From NCBI GenBank assembly GCA_040326155.1, contig JBEQLE010000002.1, positions 1-64,000 of the forward strand: 64,000 bases of DNA, in the 5' to 3' direction. The DNA is from Leptospirales bacterium. GTDB lineage: Bacteria > Spirochaetota > Leptospiria > Turneriellales > JAOUFE01. The number at the start of each line of letters is the position of its first letter. Position 1 is the stretch's first letter. Positions 11,795-22,411 of this stretch are shown in pieces. The notes beneath the pieces are model-generated. The model was not told where the DNA came from and did no database searches. It saw only the letters and a program-made list of their open reading frames with translations. The translations under genes were made by a program, and so were the position numbers.

Positions 11795-12880
11795 ATGAAT
11801 GAAAATATCAACGTAACCCGTCCCTACATTCCCGATCCAGACAAGTTTAAAAACTATGTAGATCAAATCTTTCAAAGCGGGATGTTAACGAATGGAGGTC
11901 CTCTGGTTCAGGAATTGGAGCAGCGGCTTGAACATTACCTCGGCGTAAAAAACTTATTGCTGGTGGCTAACGGTACTCTGGCTCTACAGATCGCTTATAA
12001 GGTTCTGGGACTTAAAGGCGAAGTGATTACCACCCCATTTAGTTTTATAGCCACAACCAGTTCACTGGTTTGGGAAGGCCTGACTCCGGTTTTTGCCGAC
12101 ATTGATGAACATACACTTTGTATAAATCCGCAGGAGATCGAAAAAGGAATTACCGAAAACACCAGTGCTATTTTGCCCGTTCATGTATACGGCAATGCAT
12201 GTGACATTGATGCGATTCAATCCCTTGCCAAAAAAAATACTCTTCCCGTTATTTATGACGCCGCGCATGCGTTTGCGGTAAACTATAAAGGTCAAAGTGT
12301 GTTAAACTATGGCGATATTTCCACATTAAGTTTTCATGCGACAAAACTTTTTCATACGATAGAGGGCGGAGCACTGATTATTAAGGATGATGAACTTTAC
12401 CGGAAAGCGCAGAGAATGATTAATTTTGGATTTGAAAAAGGGGAGATCGTTGATATCGGAATCAATGCAAAAATGAATGAGTTCGAAGCCGCAATGGGCT
12501 TATGTGTTTTGGATGACATGCAAGATATATTGGCAAAACGAAAATTCATATGGGAAACGTATAAAAATAATATATCCGAACAATTGCTGAAAGTAAACTG
12601 GAATGTTGATGGTGAACCAAACTATAGTTATTACCCCATCCTTTTTTCTAAAGAAGACAAGTTGCTCAAATCAATATCTCAGTTGAAAGATGTTAATATC
12701 CACCCACGTCGGTATTTTTATCCATCATTGGACCAACTTCATTCGATTGTAAAAGAAGGGAATTGTCCCATTTCTCATGCTTTATCGAAACGTGTTTTAT
12801 GTCTGCCTATCTACCCAGGCCTGGAACCTGAAGTAATAAAAACAATATCAGGTATTGTGAATAGTTGTGAGGGAAATTAA
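11795..12880 (+). CDS. vioA: DegT/DnrJ aminotransferase, VioA-like (dTDP-4-amino-4,6-dideoxyglucose)
   Basis: LTNGGPLV, YDAAHAF, SFHATKLFHTIEGG and NAKMNE motifs; follows rfbAB and precedes WbqC. Confidence 0.75.
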   Translation: MNENINVTRPYIPDPDKFKNYVDQIFQSGMLTNGGPLVQELEQRLEHYLGVKNLLLVANGTLALQIAYKVLGLKGEVITTPFSFIATTSSLVWEGLTPVFADIDEHTLCINPQEIEKGITENTSAILPVHVYGNACDIDAIQSLAKKNTLPVIYDAAHAFAVNYKGQSVLNYGDISTLSFHATKLFHTIEGGALIIKDDELYRKAQRMINFGFEKGEIVDIGINAKMNEFEAAMGLCVLDDMQDILAKRKFIWETYKNNISEQLLKVNWNVDGEPNYSYYPILFSKEDKLLKSISQLKDVNIHPRRYFYPSLDQLHSIVKEGNCPISHALSKRVLCLPIYPGLEPEVIKTISGIVNSCEGN

Positions 12881-12883
12881 CAG

Positions 12884-13588
12884 ATGAAAGTAGGCATTAT
12901 GCAACCTTATTTTTTTCCCTACATCGGGTATTTTCAATTGATACACGAAGTTGATATTTTTGTTGTTTATGATAATATTGAGTATACAAAAAAAGGGTGG
13001 ATAAATCGAAATCGTATTCAACAAAATGGACAAGAGAAAACTTTTTCTATTCCAATCAAAAAAGACTCAGATTACCTACAGATATCTGAGAGACTAATAT
13101 CCCCAGAGTTTAACCGGAAGAATTTATTAAACCAAATACGGGGAGCATACGGTAAAGCTCCGTATTTCAAAGAAATATTTCCGTTATTGCAGGAAATTAT
13201 TTTATTTTCTGAAAGTAATTTGTTTCCATATATATATAACAGTATTGTTTTATTAGCAGAGTTTCTTGAAATTGAGACTAAGATACGTATCTCTTCTCAA
13301 ATCGAAATGGATCACTCACTAAAAGGAGAGAACCGGGTAATAGCAACTTGTAAAGCTTTGAATGCTGATGTATATGTCAATTCTGCCGGAGGAGTAGACT
13401 TGTATAAACCTGCCCATTTTCAGAAAGAGGGAGTTGACCTTAAATTTCTTAAATCTGAATTACTGACTTATGAGCAATTTTCACAGAATTTCATACCTTC
13501 GCTCTCGATTATTGATGTACTGATGTTTAATGGCAAGAAAAAATTAATTGATACTTTGATAGAGCAGTATACTCAATTTGGTACTTAA
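12884..13588 (+). CDS. wbqC: WbqC-family protein (putative N-glycyl/acyl transferase)
   Basis: IMQPYFFPYIGYFQL, WINRNRI, YGKAPYF and LSIIDVL motifs. Confidence 0.88.
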   Translation: MKVGIMQPYFFPYIGYFQLIHEVDIFVVYDNIEYTKKGWINRNRIQQNGQEKTFSIPIKKDSDYLQISERLISPEFNRKNLLNQIRGAYGKAPYFKEIFPLLQEIILFSESNLFPYIYNSIVLLAEFLEIETKIRISSQIEMDHSLKGENRVIATCKALNADVYVNSAGGVDLYKPAHFQKEGVDLKFLKSELLTYEQFSQNFIPSLSIIDVLMFNGKKKLIDTLIEQYTQFGT

Positions 13589-13622
13589 GGTCGAGCAATA
13601 TAGTTAATTTAATGGAGAAAAA

Positions 13623-14327
13623 ATGGAAGATAAAACGTATAAAACTATGGATCATGACAAGCATGCAAAGTCTTGCGATCCAAATGATTTTTGGGGACAA
13701 ATAAAAAGAAGCGTAAATGGCCAACCGGTATCTGAAGAGCAGGTACAAATGATTGTAAAAGCAGTTACCGATGCTTTGTCTTTTGAAAAGAGCGATGTTT
13801 TGTTGGATTTGGCTTGTGGGAACGCTGCTTTGGCCAGTTATTTTTACGAATCCTGTAGTGAATACTTGGGGGTAGATTTTTCCGAAAGTTTAATCGAGGT
13901 TGCCAAGAAAAATTTTGAAAAACCAAATACTCATTCATTCTTAATGTCGGGAGCAGCTGAATATATTGTTTCAGAAAAAAAACCGGAACGCTTTACCAAA
14001 GTATTGTGCTATGGCAGTTTTCCTTATTTTTCATCAGAGGATGCCTTGACTGTTCTCAAATGTTTGTATACAAACTATAAAAATGTTAAAAAAGTTTTTA
14101 TCGGAAATCTTCCCGATAAAGATTTAGTTGATGAATTCTATTACAAGGATAGAGGGTATACCGAAGAAGAAATCAATGACCACCTTTCTTCGATTGGGAT
14201 CTGGAGAACCAAGGATGAGTTTGCTGAACTTGTGCAAAAGGCTGGTTGGAAAAATTTCAAGTTTTCTGGTATGCCCAAAGACTCCTACGCTCATAAATTT
14301 CGTTATGATATTCTCCTATGGAGATAA
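13623..14327 (+). CDS. Class I SAM-dependent methyltransferase
   Basis: Motif I LLDLACGNA, followed by GVDFS. Confidence 0.85.
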   Translation: MEDKTYKTMDHDKHAKSCDPNDFWGQIKRSVNGQPVSEEQVQMIVKAVTDALSFEKSDVLLDLACGNAALASYFYESCSEYLGVDFSESLIEVAKKNFEKPNTHSFLMSGAAEYIVSEKKPERFTKVLCYGSFPYFSSEDALTVLKCLYTNYKNVKKVFIGNLPDKDLVDEFYYKDRGYTEEEINDHLSSIGIWRTKDEFAELVQKAGWKNFKFSGMPKDSYAHKFRYDILLWR

Positions 14328-15532
14328 TGGCTAATTCGATGAATTTGAACAAAAAACAACCGGCGCTTTGGGGAGGTGAGCCCATATTCTCTGGACCAAA
14401 GCCCACATCGAACTTAGTGAAACCATCCGAAGAAACTTTCTTTCAGTATGCTTACAGGATTTTCGATAAAAAGCGATCTTTTACAAGAGGTGAGTTAGTT
14501 AGTGAATTGGAAGGGCGATTAAAAATACTTCATAATGTAGAATACTGTATTACATTTAATTCGGGATTTTGGGCTTTAGCTGCTTTGATTGATTCTGGGG
14601 TTTTAAAAGGAAAGAAAGAAGTTGTATTGCCTTCTCTTACCTATCGTCGAATGGGAGATATTATTTCTTGGGTGGGATTAATCCCTCATTTTAGTGACAT
14701 TAATCGGGAAACTCTAGCTATAGATTCGCAGTCAGCACGAAAATGCATTAATGATAATACTGGTTTGATTATTGGAGTCCACCCTGTTGGTGGTCACTGC
14801 GATATTGATGGATTGTTGCGCTTGTCTGAAGAAACCGGCGTACCGGTGATTTTTGATGGTGTGGAGTCTGTTGATGAAAAGCACAAAGGGAAGAAAATTG
14901 GTTCCTTCGGAGCTGGAGAGTTATTCTCACTGGGAGCCAGTAAGTTGGTCAATGGTTTTGAGGGTGGTTACATTACTACAAATGATCAAAGACTGGCAAT
15001 GGAATTACAAAAAATAAGAAGTGGAGATCAGAGTTTGGCTGATCTACGCGTAATGAAAGCTGAGTTAAATGAAGTGCATGCAGCCATGACTCTCGCAGGT
15101 CTAGATGATTTAGAGCAACAGTTAAATAGAAATCGAAACCGCTATAACGCTTACAAGCGTCATCTTGCTTGTGTCGAAGGCTTGGAATTGTTTCCCCATA
15201 TTGAAGAGAATGATCCCAGTTACAAAAATATTGTGGTGGAAGTGACCGAGGCTTGGCCTTATACTAGAGAGGAAACTATACAGTTGTTAAATGCCGAGAA
15301 TATTTTGGCAAGAGCCTATTATTATCCACCATTAACCCAAACGAATATTTCCTATTCATACAAAAGCTCTTCGATGACCTCTACAGATTACGTGGCAGGC
15401 CATTTTATTTCCATGCCATGTGGGCATTTCGTTGATTTGGGTGATATTCAAGTTATCATTGATTATTTGAAATACTTGAAAGAAAATGCCAGCGATTTTA
15501 AGAAAAAGCTACAAAGAGGTGGTACCCCATGA
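14327..15532 (+). CDS. Second DegT/DnrJ-family PLP aminotransferase
   Basis: FSLGASKLVNGFEGGYITTND retains the PLP Lys; also AELNEVHAA and ARAYY. Confidence 0.85.
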   Translation: MANSMNLNKKQPALWGGEPIFSGPKPTSNLVKPSEETFFQYAYRIFDKKRSFTRGELVSELEGRLKILHNVEYCITFNSGFWALAALIDSGVLKGKKEVVLPSLTYRRMGDIISWVGLIPHFSDINRETLAIDSQSARKCINDNTGLIIGVHPVGGHCDIDGLLRLSEETGVPVIFDGVESVDEKHKGKKIGSFGAGELFSLGASKLVNGFEGGYITTNDQRLAMELQKIRSGDQSLADLRVMKAELNEVHAAMTLAGLDDLEQQLNRNRNRYNAYKRHLACVEGLELFPHIEENDPSYKNIVVEVTEAWPYTREETIQLLNAENILARAYYYPPLTQTNISYSYKSSSMTSTDYVAGHFISMPCGHFVDLGDIQVIIDYLKYLKENASDFKKKLQRGGTP

Positions 15533-16194
15533 CCAATTTTCAAGTTAACTCAACTGACGATAATATGAAAAACCCTAATAAAAGTGATGAAGTTGGGTTG
15601 TGTATGGATGACTGGCCAAATTTTCGAAAGGCTTTTGAAGGAATATTTTCCCGACAGTATTATACTGACAATGGCCCCTTAGTTGTACAGTTGGAGTCTA
15701 CTTTAAAAGCAAGGTTAAACTACAGTAATGTTATTTGTGTTGGAAGTTCCTGGGTAAGTTGGTTAATGCTTTTTGATGCTGAGCCAACTGTGAATCATAT
15801 TCTGGTAAAAGGAAAATATAGTGAAAACTCAAGTGCACACCTTGCTGCAAATTATGTTGGTAAAAATATAAAATTCGTGGACGAAACAAATCCATCAGAA
15901 AAGCCGAGTGCATTTTTTGTTAAAGAATCTTATCATGATATTTTTGAAAATGATTATTCGGAAGGATCGAATAAAGCGACAGCCATTGTCGTTGAGTTCC
16001 CAGAGATTGATTGTTTGTCTGGTGAGTGGGGAGCATGTATTTGTACTAATAATGATGATATCGCCGACAATGTTCGTACTATGAGAAGCAGTAGTGGTGT
16101 AATTCGAAAAATGTCTGTGAAGAGAACTGTCAATGGTAGAATGTCTGAGGCTCAGGCTGCGGTAGTTTTAATGAATGTCGCTCCTGAGAGATAA
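15529..16194 (+). CDS. Truncated, degenerate DegT-like protein lacking the PLP lysine
   Basis: YYTDNGPLVVQLE, GEWGACICTNND and NGRMSEAQAA align with DegT motifs; there is no SFHATK lysine and no C-terminal domain. Confidence 0.6.
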   Translation: MTNFQVNSTDDNMKNPNKSDEVGLCMDDWPNFRKAFEGIFSRQYYTDNGPLVVQLESTLKARLNYSNVICVGSSWVSWLMLFDAEPTVNHILVKGKYSENSSAHLAANYVGKNIKFVDETNPSEKPSAFFVKESYHDIFENDYSEGSNKATAIVVEFPEIDCLSGEWGACICTNNDDIADNVRTMRSSSGVIRKMSVKRTVNGRMSEAQAAVVLMNVAPER

Positions 16195-16595
16195 GATATT
16201 AGAATAATGGTGTAATCAACTTTCTAAAAAAAGCAACAGGAAAGCAGAGTTCATAAAAAGTGTGATAAAACTATGGATGTCCGGTATTTGGTAATGAAGA
16301 TGGTTCGCTACCACTACCTGATCGAACATTTTATTAAAACGTTTCAAATATTAAAATAATCGCCATTTATCGCCACCATTGCGGGGTGATCAACTTTTAG
16401 TTAAAACCAGGGACGGGATGAAGAGTAATTTTTCTGACTTAATTGACTGAATGTATTAGCGCGATATATTCAAATATATACCATCAATCATTATATGAAA
16501 ATATATTTGCCAAAACCTCCGGAACCAGGTTTGGAGAATTAATCCTGAGTGATCTTGGTTAACATGTTTGAAAAAACATTTAAACGAAATATAAT

Positions 16596-17672
16596 ATGAA
16601 AGACTATAGTAAAAAACTATCCATCGTGATATCGGTACATACCCGGCAGTATTACCTTGACAGGGTTTGTGAATATTATAAGGATTTAATTCACGACTAT
16701 TCAATTCAAATACATATCATAGATTCAAGTGATGAGCCTTGGGAAAACCATACCAAATACCCCGAATTTAATTATACGTATTTCGGCCCAGAGAAAAATT
16801 TTCAGAAAATGCCATCAACACTGAGAAAGTTAAATACAGAATATTTTCTTATCGCTCCAGACGATGATTTTTATGTAAAACGTAGTATTATTCAATGTCT
16901 TGAGTTTTTACTGAAAAATCCAGATTATAGTGCTGCCCATGGTGAATTTCTTCGCTTTGATTCCAGGTTGGGTGAGCTAGTAGATTTGGCGTACGGGCGC
17001 AGCAATTATAAGTTATTTACTGAAAATAATTATCATTTTGAAAAAGCATCGGATCGCATATTGAATTATTTTGATGTAAAAAGATTTTTAATGATTAACC
17101 ATTCCATTAATAAACGAAAGGTATGGCTCGATATTTTTAATATAAGATTTGATAAAAAGAATAAACATTTATTACCGTATCGATTTTCTGATCAGCATCA
17201 AGCAATTCTTATATTATTGGAAGGCAATGTCAAGGTATTACCTTGTCTGTATGCATTGAGAGATGTAGATAGATTACTTAGTAAAGGAAGAGTCGATAAA
17301 AGCAGAAAACCCGACGTAACATTTGATGCCTTTCCCGACGCTATTTTGTCAAAAGAGAATCCGTACGCGCCGCTTCTTGCAAAAAAAGATAAAATATCTT
17401 TGGAAAAAGCGAGCTTTATTCTCGGCCTCGCGATTCAAAAATTGATAAGCGGAAGACTCTATCGAAAGTATATGCCGAGCGTAAAAATTACGGAATCATT
17501 TCCGTCACAAACCGGCGAATATAAAGCCGATATCGAAGAGGTTATGGGTCTGGTTAGAAAATACAGGGATTCTATTCCCGGTTCGGATCAGGCAAGGCAA
17601 ACACAAGGAAAAAAACATACGCTTAAAAAAATTATAAAGGCAATTTTTAAAAAAGTTTTTGGTAGAAAATAA
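16596..17672 (+). CDS. GT-A glycosyltransferase (TIGR00180-like)
   Basis: LSIVISVHTR, IIDSSD, APDDDF and NPDYSAAHG motifs. Confidence 0.75.
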   Translation: MKDYSKKLSIVISVHTRQYYLDRVCEYYKDLIHDYSIQIHIIDSSDEPWENHTKYPEFNYTYFGPEKNFQKMPSTLRKLNTEYFLIAPDDDFYVKRSIIQCLEFLLKNPDYSAAHGEFLRFDSRLGELVDLAYGRSNYKLFTENNYHFEKASDRILNYFDVKRFLMINHSINKRKVWLDIFNIRFDKKNKHLLPYRFSDQHQAILILLEGNVKVLPCLYALRDVDRLLSKGRVDKSRKPDVTFDAFPDAILSKENPYAPLLAKKDKISLEKASFILGLAIQKLISGRLYRKYMPSVKITESFPSQTGEYKADIEEVMGLVRKYRDSIPGSDQARQTQGKKHTLKKIIKAIFKKVFGRK

Positions 17673-17699
17673 TTCTTTCGCTCTTCGGTCAGATTCACT

Positions 17700-19712
17700 A
17701 TGTATAATACTAACCACAAAGATATTACAGGCTATCGTCCTCATATTGACGGCTTACGTGCTGTCGCTGTTTTAGCTGTAATCGTGTATCACTTTAGCAT
17801 GAAATTATTGCCCGGTGGTTTTGCTGGTGTAGATATTTTCTTTGTTATCTCCGGCTATGTCGTGACGGCCACAATTTTTCGCTACGAAAGCAACAGCCTG
17901 AAAGAGTACTTGCTCTCTTTTTATGCCAGGCGAGCGAAAAGAATTCTACCGAATTTAATTCTTGTAGTTCTGGTCTTTTCAGTGGTCAGTTTTTTGTTTA
18001 TTCCTCCGATCAAAACCGGAGTGATAATGAAAACGGCGTACTACTCGTTATTTGGCGTCAGCAATTTTTATCTGGCTCACACCAATTTTGATTATTTTGG
18101 TATAGGGGGTAACTTTAATCCGTTTACCCATACATGGTCTTTAGGAGTTGAAGAACAGTTTTATGTTATATACCCGTTAATTATATACGCAATTTATTTT
18201 TTCTTCAAAAAATCCCATAAGATCGGACTATCACTAATCATTTTCCTTGGAGCTCTGTCTATTGGCATTTCTTTGTATTTAGTGATGAATAATCCCACAA
18301 ATGCATACTATTATATGCCTAGCCGATTTTGGGAACTCCTCGCCGGGGGCGGTTTATTTTTAGCGAAGGCTGGCGGTTTTCAACCTGAAAAAAAGCTATC
18401 GTATAAGAGCGCTACCGCGTGGCAATTCATTGGCGCAGTGTTAATTGCACTTGGTCTTGTTTACGCTTCGCTTGACAACGGTTTTCCGTTACCGACAGTT
18501 TTGCCCTCCATAATCGGAACAATGATTGTAATAATGATCGGTACGGCAGGAAATAATCCGGTTGCCCGTTTTTTATCAGCAAAACCCATTGTATATATCG
18601 GGCTTTTATCGTATTCATTATATCTTTGGCATTGGCCGGTTTTTACCATATTTCGATGGTCAATCGGTTTGGATACTTTTGGCACAGCAGCGGCTGCTAT
18701 TATTTTGACATTTATTTTCGCGTGGTTGGCTTATACTTACATAGAACAGCCTTTTCGAAAAGTAAAGGTTGTGAATATTCAATATAAAGTGCTCGTAATT
18801 GCCGTCATCTCTTTGGTTTTCACCGGATTTATCGTTAAAAAGGGCCATAAGAAATTCAAGAGATTATCCAATAATGGATATAATCCCATTATTTTTCAGA
18901 ACATTGATGTTCCGACAAAGCAATGGCCCCCAAGTATTAAGGAATGTCATTATAAATACTATAAAGACTCTGAAGAAGATGCGATTAAACGATGTTTAAG
19001 TAGAAATATAAATCCTGAACCGTCCCGTACAGTTTTTTTGTTAGGCGATTCGCATGTTCAAGCTCTTTCGTTTATGGTCAACGATGCTTTTAAAGATTCA
19101 AAAACGCAAGTTAACCAGATGCATAATAATGACATCCCTAAGATTTTAAATAATGAAAGCCCGGAACCTCTCTCTTTTGAATTTGTAGCCAGACACGCCA
19201 AACAGGGCGATCTTGTAATCGTCAGTTATTTTCATGGAAAATATTTCAATACACAATACCATATACCATTGGATTTAGAACCGATGGAGCAGGATAAAGT
19301 ATATGCAAAGTATCAAAATAGTTTGCAGTATTTTACCGAATTTGCCAAAAAACTTTCAAAAAAAAAGGCAAATCTTCTACTGATTATTGACGTACCACAA
19401 ATGAAAAATCCCGTACGAGTACAGCAATGCATTGTTCAGAAAAAACTTGATTTACCAAATGCATGCGATGTATCATCAAAACAGGCCCTACATTCTCGTA
19501 AACCAATGACTTTGCTGATTAATGAATTATCCGGGACAATTGACAACATATACTCATGGGATCCTTTTCCTATTGTTTGTCCCGGCCCGGTATGCCGGTT
19601 CCATGATGAGCGCGGGTTCATCATGAGTGACCATAACCATATTTCAAGAGAAATGTCGGAGTCTATGGGTGGTGAATTTCGAAAATACTTGCTTCAAATA
19701 GATTTAATGTAA
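17700..19712 (+). CDS. OafA-like O-acyltransferase (Acyltransferase_3 + periplasmic SGNH)
   Basis: YRPHIDGLRAVAV, GVDIFFVISG, HTWSLGVEEQFY and SYSLYLWHWP; SGNH motifs GDSH and DHNH. Confidence 0.92.
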   Translation: MYNTNHKDITGYRPHIDGLRAVAVLAVIVYHFSMKLLPGGFAGVDIFFVISGYVVTATIFRYESNSLKEYLLSFYARRAKRILPNLILVVLVFSVVSFLFIPPIKTGVIMKTAYYSLFGVSNFYLAHTNFDYFGIGGNFNPFTHTWSLGVEEQFYVIYPLIIYAIYFFFKKSHKIGLSLIIFLGALSIGISLYLVMNNPTNAYYYMPSRFWELLAGGGLFLAKAGGFQPEKKLSYKSATAWQFIGAVLIALGLVYASLDNGFPLPTVLPSIIGTMIVIMIGTAGNNPVARFLSAKPIVYIGLLSYSLYLWHWPVFTIFRWSIGLDTFGTAAAAIILTFIFAWLAYTYIEQPFRKVKVVNIQYKVLVIAVISLVFTGFIVKKGHKKFKRLSNNGYNPIIFQNIDVPTKQWPPSIKECHYKYYKDSEEDAIKRCLSRNINPEPSRTVFLLGDSHVQALSFMVNDAFKDSKTQVNQMHNNDIPKILNNESPEPLSFEFVARHAKQGDLVIVSYFHGKYFNTQYHIPLDLEPMEQDKVYAKYQNSLQYFTEFAKKLSKKKANLLLIIDVPQMKNPVRVQQCIVQKKLDLPNACDVSSKQALHSRKPMTLLINELSGTIDNIYSWDPFPIVCPGPVCRFHDERGFIMSDHNHISREMSESMGGEFRKYLLQIDLM

Positions 19713-19916
19713 TATCTTATATTAACCGGAGTTTAAAATCGACGGTTTTTCGGTTATTACAAAAAAGTGTGTAAATAGAAATACTTATGAAACGAATAAA
19801 GAAGCGAACTCTATAATTATCATAACGATGAATCCGGAAACGCTCATCACTAAATCTATGGTTGACGAGATACGTTAATAGAGTGATTTGTAATTAATGA
19901 ATCATGAGGTAAAAAA

Positions 19917-20159
19917 ATGAGTAACGCAGATCAAATAATTAAATATATTACGGATGAGATTTTAGAGGATGAGGATCAAGTGATTGATGAGCAAACATCT
20001 CTTTTTGACGGGGGAGTTCTGGATTCTTTGAACCTAGTTACACTTATTTCATTCCTGGAAGATACTCATAAAATTAAAATAAAATCCTCAGAGGTAACTC
20101 TTGAAAATTTAAATACGGTTTCAAATATGATTAATTTTATTGATAAAAAATTAGCTTGA
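19917..20159 (+). CDS. Acyl carrier protein (DltC-like), cassette 1
   Basis: LFDGGVLDSLNLVTLISFLE contains the phosphopantetheine Ser; acidic 80-aa protein. Confidence 0.92.
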   Translation: MSNADQIIKYITDEILEDEDQVIDEQTSLFDGGVLDSLNLVTLISFLEDTHKIKIKSSEVTLENLNTVSNMINFIDKKLA

Positions 20160-21229
20160 GACAGATGAATAGACAATATCGAATATTACTTTGGTTCGTA
20201 TTCAGTTTTGTAACACTACAGGTTTTCGGGGAAGTACTTTTATCTATGGACTACCCATGGAAACTCAGTGTACTTGAACCATACCTGCTTCGGGGGAAGC
20301 AAGATGCATGGGTGCATAATGCATTTGAAATCCAAAGATTAAAGAAACTGGCTAAAACCGATAAAGAAATTAAATTAATCGTGTATTTGGGCGGCTCGGT
20401 TTGTGCTTCCGGAATAACCTCGGATGAAAAAGTCAGCAAACAACTTTCGACAGCACTTAAAAAGTCGGTTGTTTTTAGCCGACTTTGTTCCCCTTACAAG
20501 TCATTTGCCGATGAACTTAAAATAGTAGAAGAGCTTGGGGCAATCAATGCTACGATAATAATAAATACTGAAATTGGTAGATTTAGTCGGCCGAATGAAA
20601 AACAATTAGTAACTAGGAAGGATAAAAGTAAGTATTCATATAATAAATATTTCTACATACCTGTTACCGAAAGTATCAAAACTATATTTAAAGAATACAA
20701 TATTTCAATAGAGCTAAATCAGCATTTCAGATTATGGAAAACAGCTAAAGCATTGGGAATATCGATTCGAAAAAGATTTGTTAAACGTAAAAAATTGACC
20801 TATCATTATAATGGATACGTGTCGGGGACCCCTGTTAATGAAGACCATAAAACAGAGATAGAAGCTAGATTGACGGAAAGTAAAGGTAAATGGGGACAAA
20901 CTCAGGAATTTCAAGTTAATTTTTCACTCTTGAAAATGGCTATCGAAAAAGCCCAGTTGAATCAGAATCGTGTAATTTTAGTAGAGACTCCGGTGAACCC
21001 TTTGTTTGTTAAATATACCGAAGCAAACAGGTCTGAATATGAGAGTATTTTAAATCAAATTATAAAGTCACAAGGCCTGGGCTATCTCGATTTGCGGTAT
21101 GCTCTTAACTGGAAACCTGAAGAGTTTCGAGATTTGCATCATATGATTCATCCTGGCCCGGACCGATTTACCGCGATATTGGCCAAACGACTTAGTGAAA
21201 TTTTATTAAATATGGATTTACATAAATGA
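20156..21229 (+). CDS. Membrane-anchored SGNH/DltD-like acyltransferase, cassette 1
   Basis: N-terminal TM helix, VYLGGS (candidate catalytic Ser), ETPVNP, and C-terminal FRDLHHM (DxxH); lies between the ACP and the MBOAT. Confidence 0.7.
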   Translation: MRQMNRQYRILLWFVFSFVTLQVFGEVLLSMDYPWKLSVLEPYLLRGKQDAWVHNAFEIQRLKKLAKTDKEIKLIVYLGGSVCASGITSDEKVSKQLSTALKKSVVFSRLCSPYKSFADELKIVEELGAINATIIINTEIGRFSRPNEKQLVTRKDKSKYSYNKYFYIPVTESIKTIFKEYNISIELNQHFRLWKTAKALGISIRKRFVKRKKLTYHYNGYVSGTPVNEDHKTEIEARLTESKGKWGQTQEFQVNFSLLKMAIEKAQLNQNRVILVETPVNPLFVKYTEANRSEYESILNQIIKSQGLGYLDLRYALNWKPEEFRDLHHMIHPGPDRFTAILAKRLSEILLNMDLHK

Positions 21230-22404
21230 TTTTTTTTAACGAGTATTTTGTTTTGGCATTATTAGCCGCTCCCGTGATTTATTGGAAATTTGTACCTGAA
21301 AAGTATAGAAACCTGTTTATTATATTTTTTGGATTTATTGGTTTATCCTTTGTTCAGTTAAATTTCAGTATTTTCCTGATGTTAATCGTTGTGTTTGTAT
21401 TTTACGCGGCCCGCTTTATGCAACGATCCCATAAAGGCAGAGTATTAACTTTAATAATTATCGTCCTGACATTATTGCTTGCAGGTTTTAAATATTTTAA
21501 GGTTTTTTATCTAGCAATTTTTGAAGCTGAAACTGATTTTTCTAAAAGCTACCTGGTGCCGCTTGGTTTATCATATCTGATCTTTAAACTGATTGCCTAT
21601 GTTGTCGACATTTTTCGAGAAGAAATCAAAGAATCTAGTTTGCAAGGTTTACTTGCCTTTATCTTTTTCATACCAAGTTTTCCTGCCGGTCCGATTGAAA
21701 GATATCAACATTTTATTTCGGGAAGACGCAATAGCTTTGATTCCACGTTTTATCTCGCAGGCTTGAAGAGATTGACCATTGGCTATTTTAAAAAAGTTGT
21801 TCTTGTAAACTTTTTATTAACATACATCGTAAACACAAAGCTCTCCGGAATTCTGGATACAGACCAGGGAGCATTATATGGTTCTTTCATTGCATTGTCC
21901 TTTCTGGTAGGTTCTCTGGTTTACGCTTATATCGATCTGTCAGCCTATGCGGATATTGCCATAGGTTACGGGCAATTATATGGCTATCAAATATGTGAAA
22001 ATATGAATTATCCGTTATTTGCCCAAAACCTGAGTGAATACTGGCAGCGCTGGCACATGTCTCTATCCCAGTGGTGCCGCAATAATGTCTATTTCCCGAT
22101 GCTAGGGTCGACGCGTAACAATAATATTTCTTTATACGCTAGTTTTCTGGTAATGGGCTTATGGCATTATGCAAGTTTAAACTGGATATTGTGGGGTCTC
22201 TGGCATGCCAGCGGTATAATCATATATTCAAAATTGAATCGATTTCGAAAGAAGAAAAAGATTAAAAAACTTTTGCCAAAAAAAATTGGGTACGCTGTTG
22301 GCATGGCAATTACCGTTATCTATTCCGGTTTAGGTTTTGCCTTTATTACCCAGAAGACGACATCGGAAGCTTTAAAACTGCTTGGCAAAGTATTTGGTCT
22401 ATGA
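21226..22404 (+). CDS. MBOAT acyltransferase (DltB/AlgI family), cassette 1
   Basis: PLGLSYLIFK, AGPIER, YWQRWHMSLS and GLWH (catalytic His) motifs. Confidence 0.93.
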   Translation: MIFFNEYFVLALLAAPVIYWKFVPEKYRNLFIIFFGFIGLSFVQLNFSIFLMLIVVFVFYAARFMQRSHKGRVLTLIIIVLTLLLAGFKYFKVFYLAIFEAETDFSKSYLVPLGLSYLIFKLIAYVVDIFREEIKESSLQGLLAFIFFIPSFPAGPIERYQHFISGRRNSFDSTFYLAGLKRLTIGYFKKVVLVNFLLTYIVNTKLSGILDTDQGALYGSFIALSFLVGSLVYAYIDLSAYADIAIGYGQLYGYQICENMNYPLFAQNLSEYWQRWHMSLSQWCRNNVYFPMLGSTRNNNISLYASFLVMGLWHYASLNWILWGLWHASGIIIYSKLNRFRKKKKIKKLLPKKIGYAVGMAITVIYSGLGFAFITQKTTSEALKLLGKVFGL

Positions 22405-22411
22405 GGTTAAC

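Noticed and set aside
16195..16595. Small ORFs or ncRNA in the 400-bp spacer
   Set aside because: Only short ORFs without recognisable motifs and weak hairpins.
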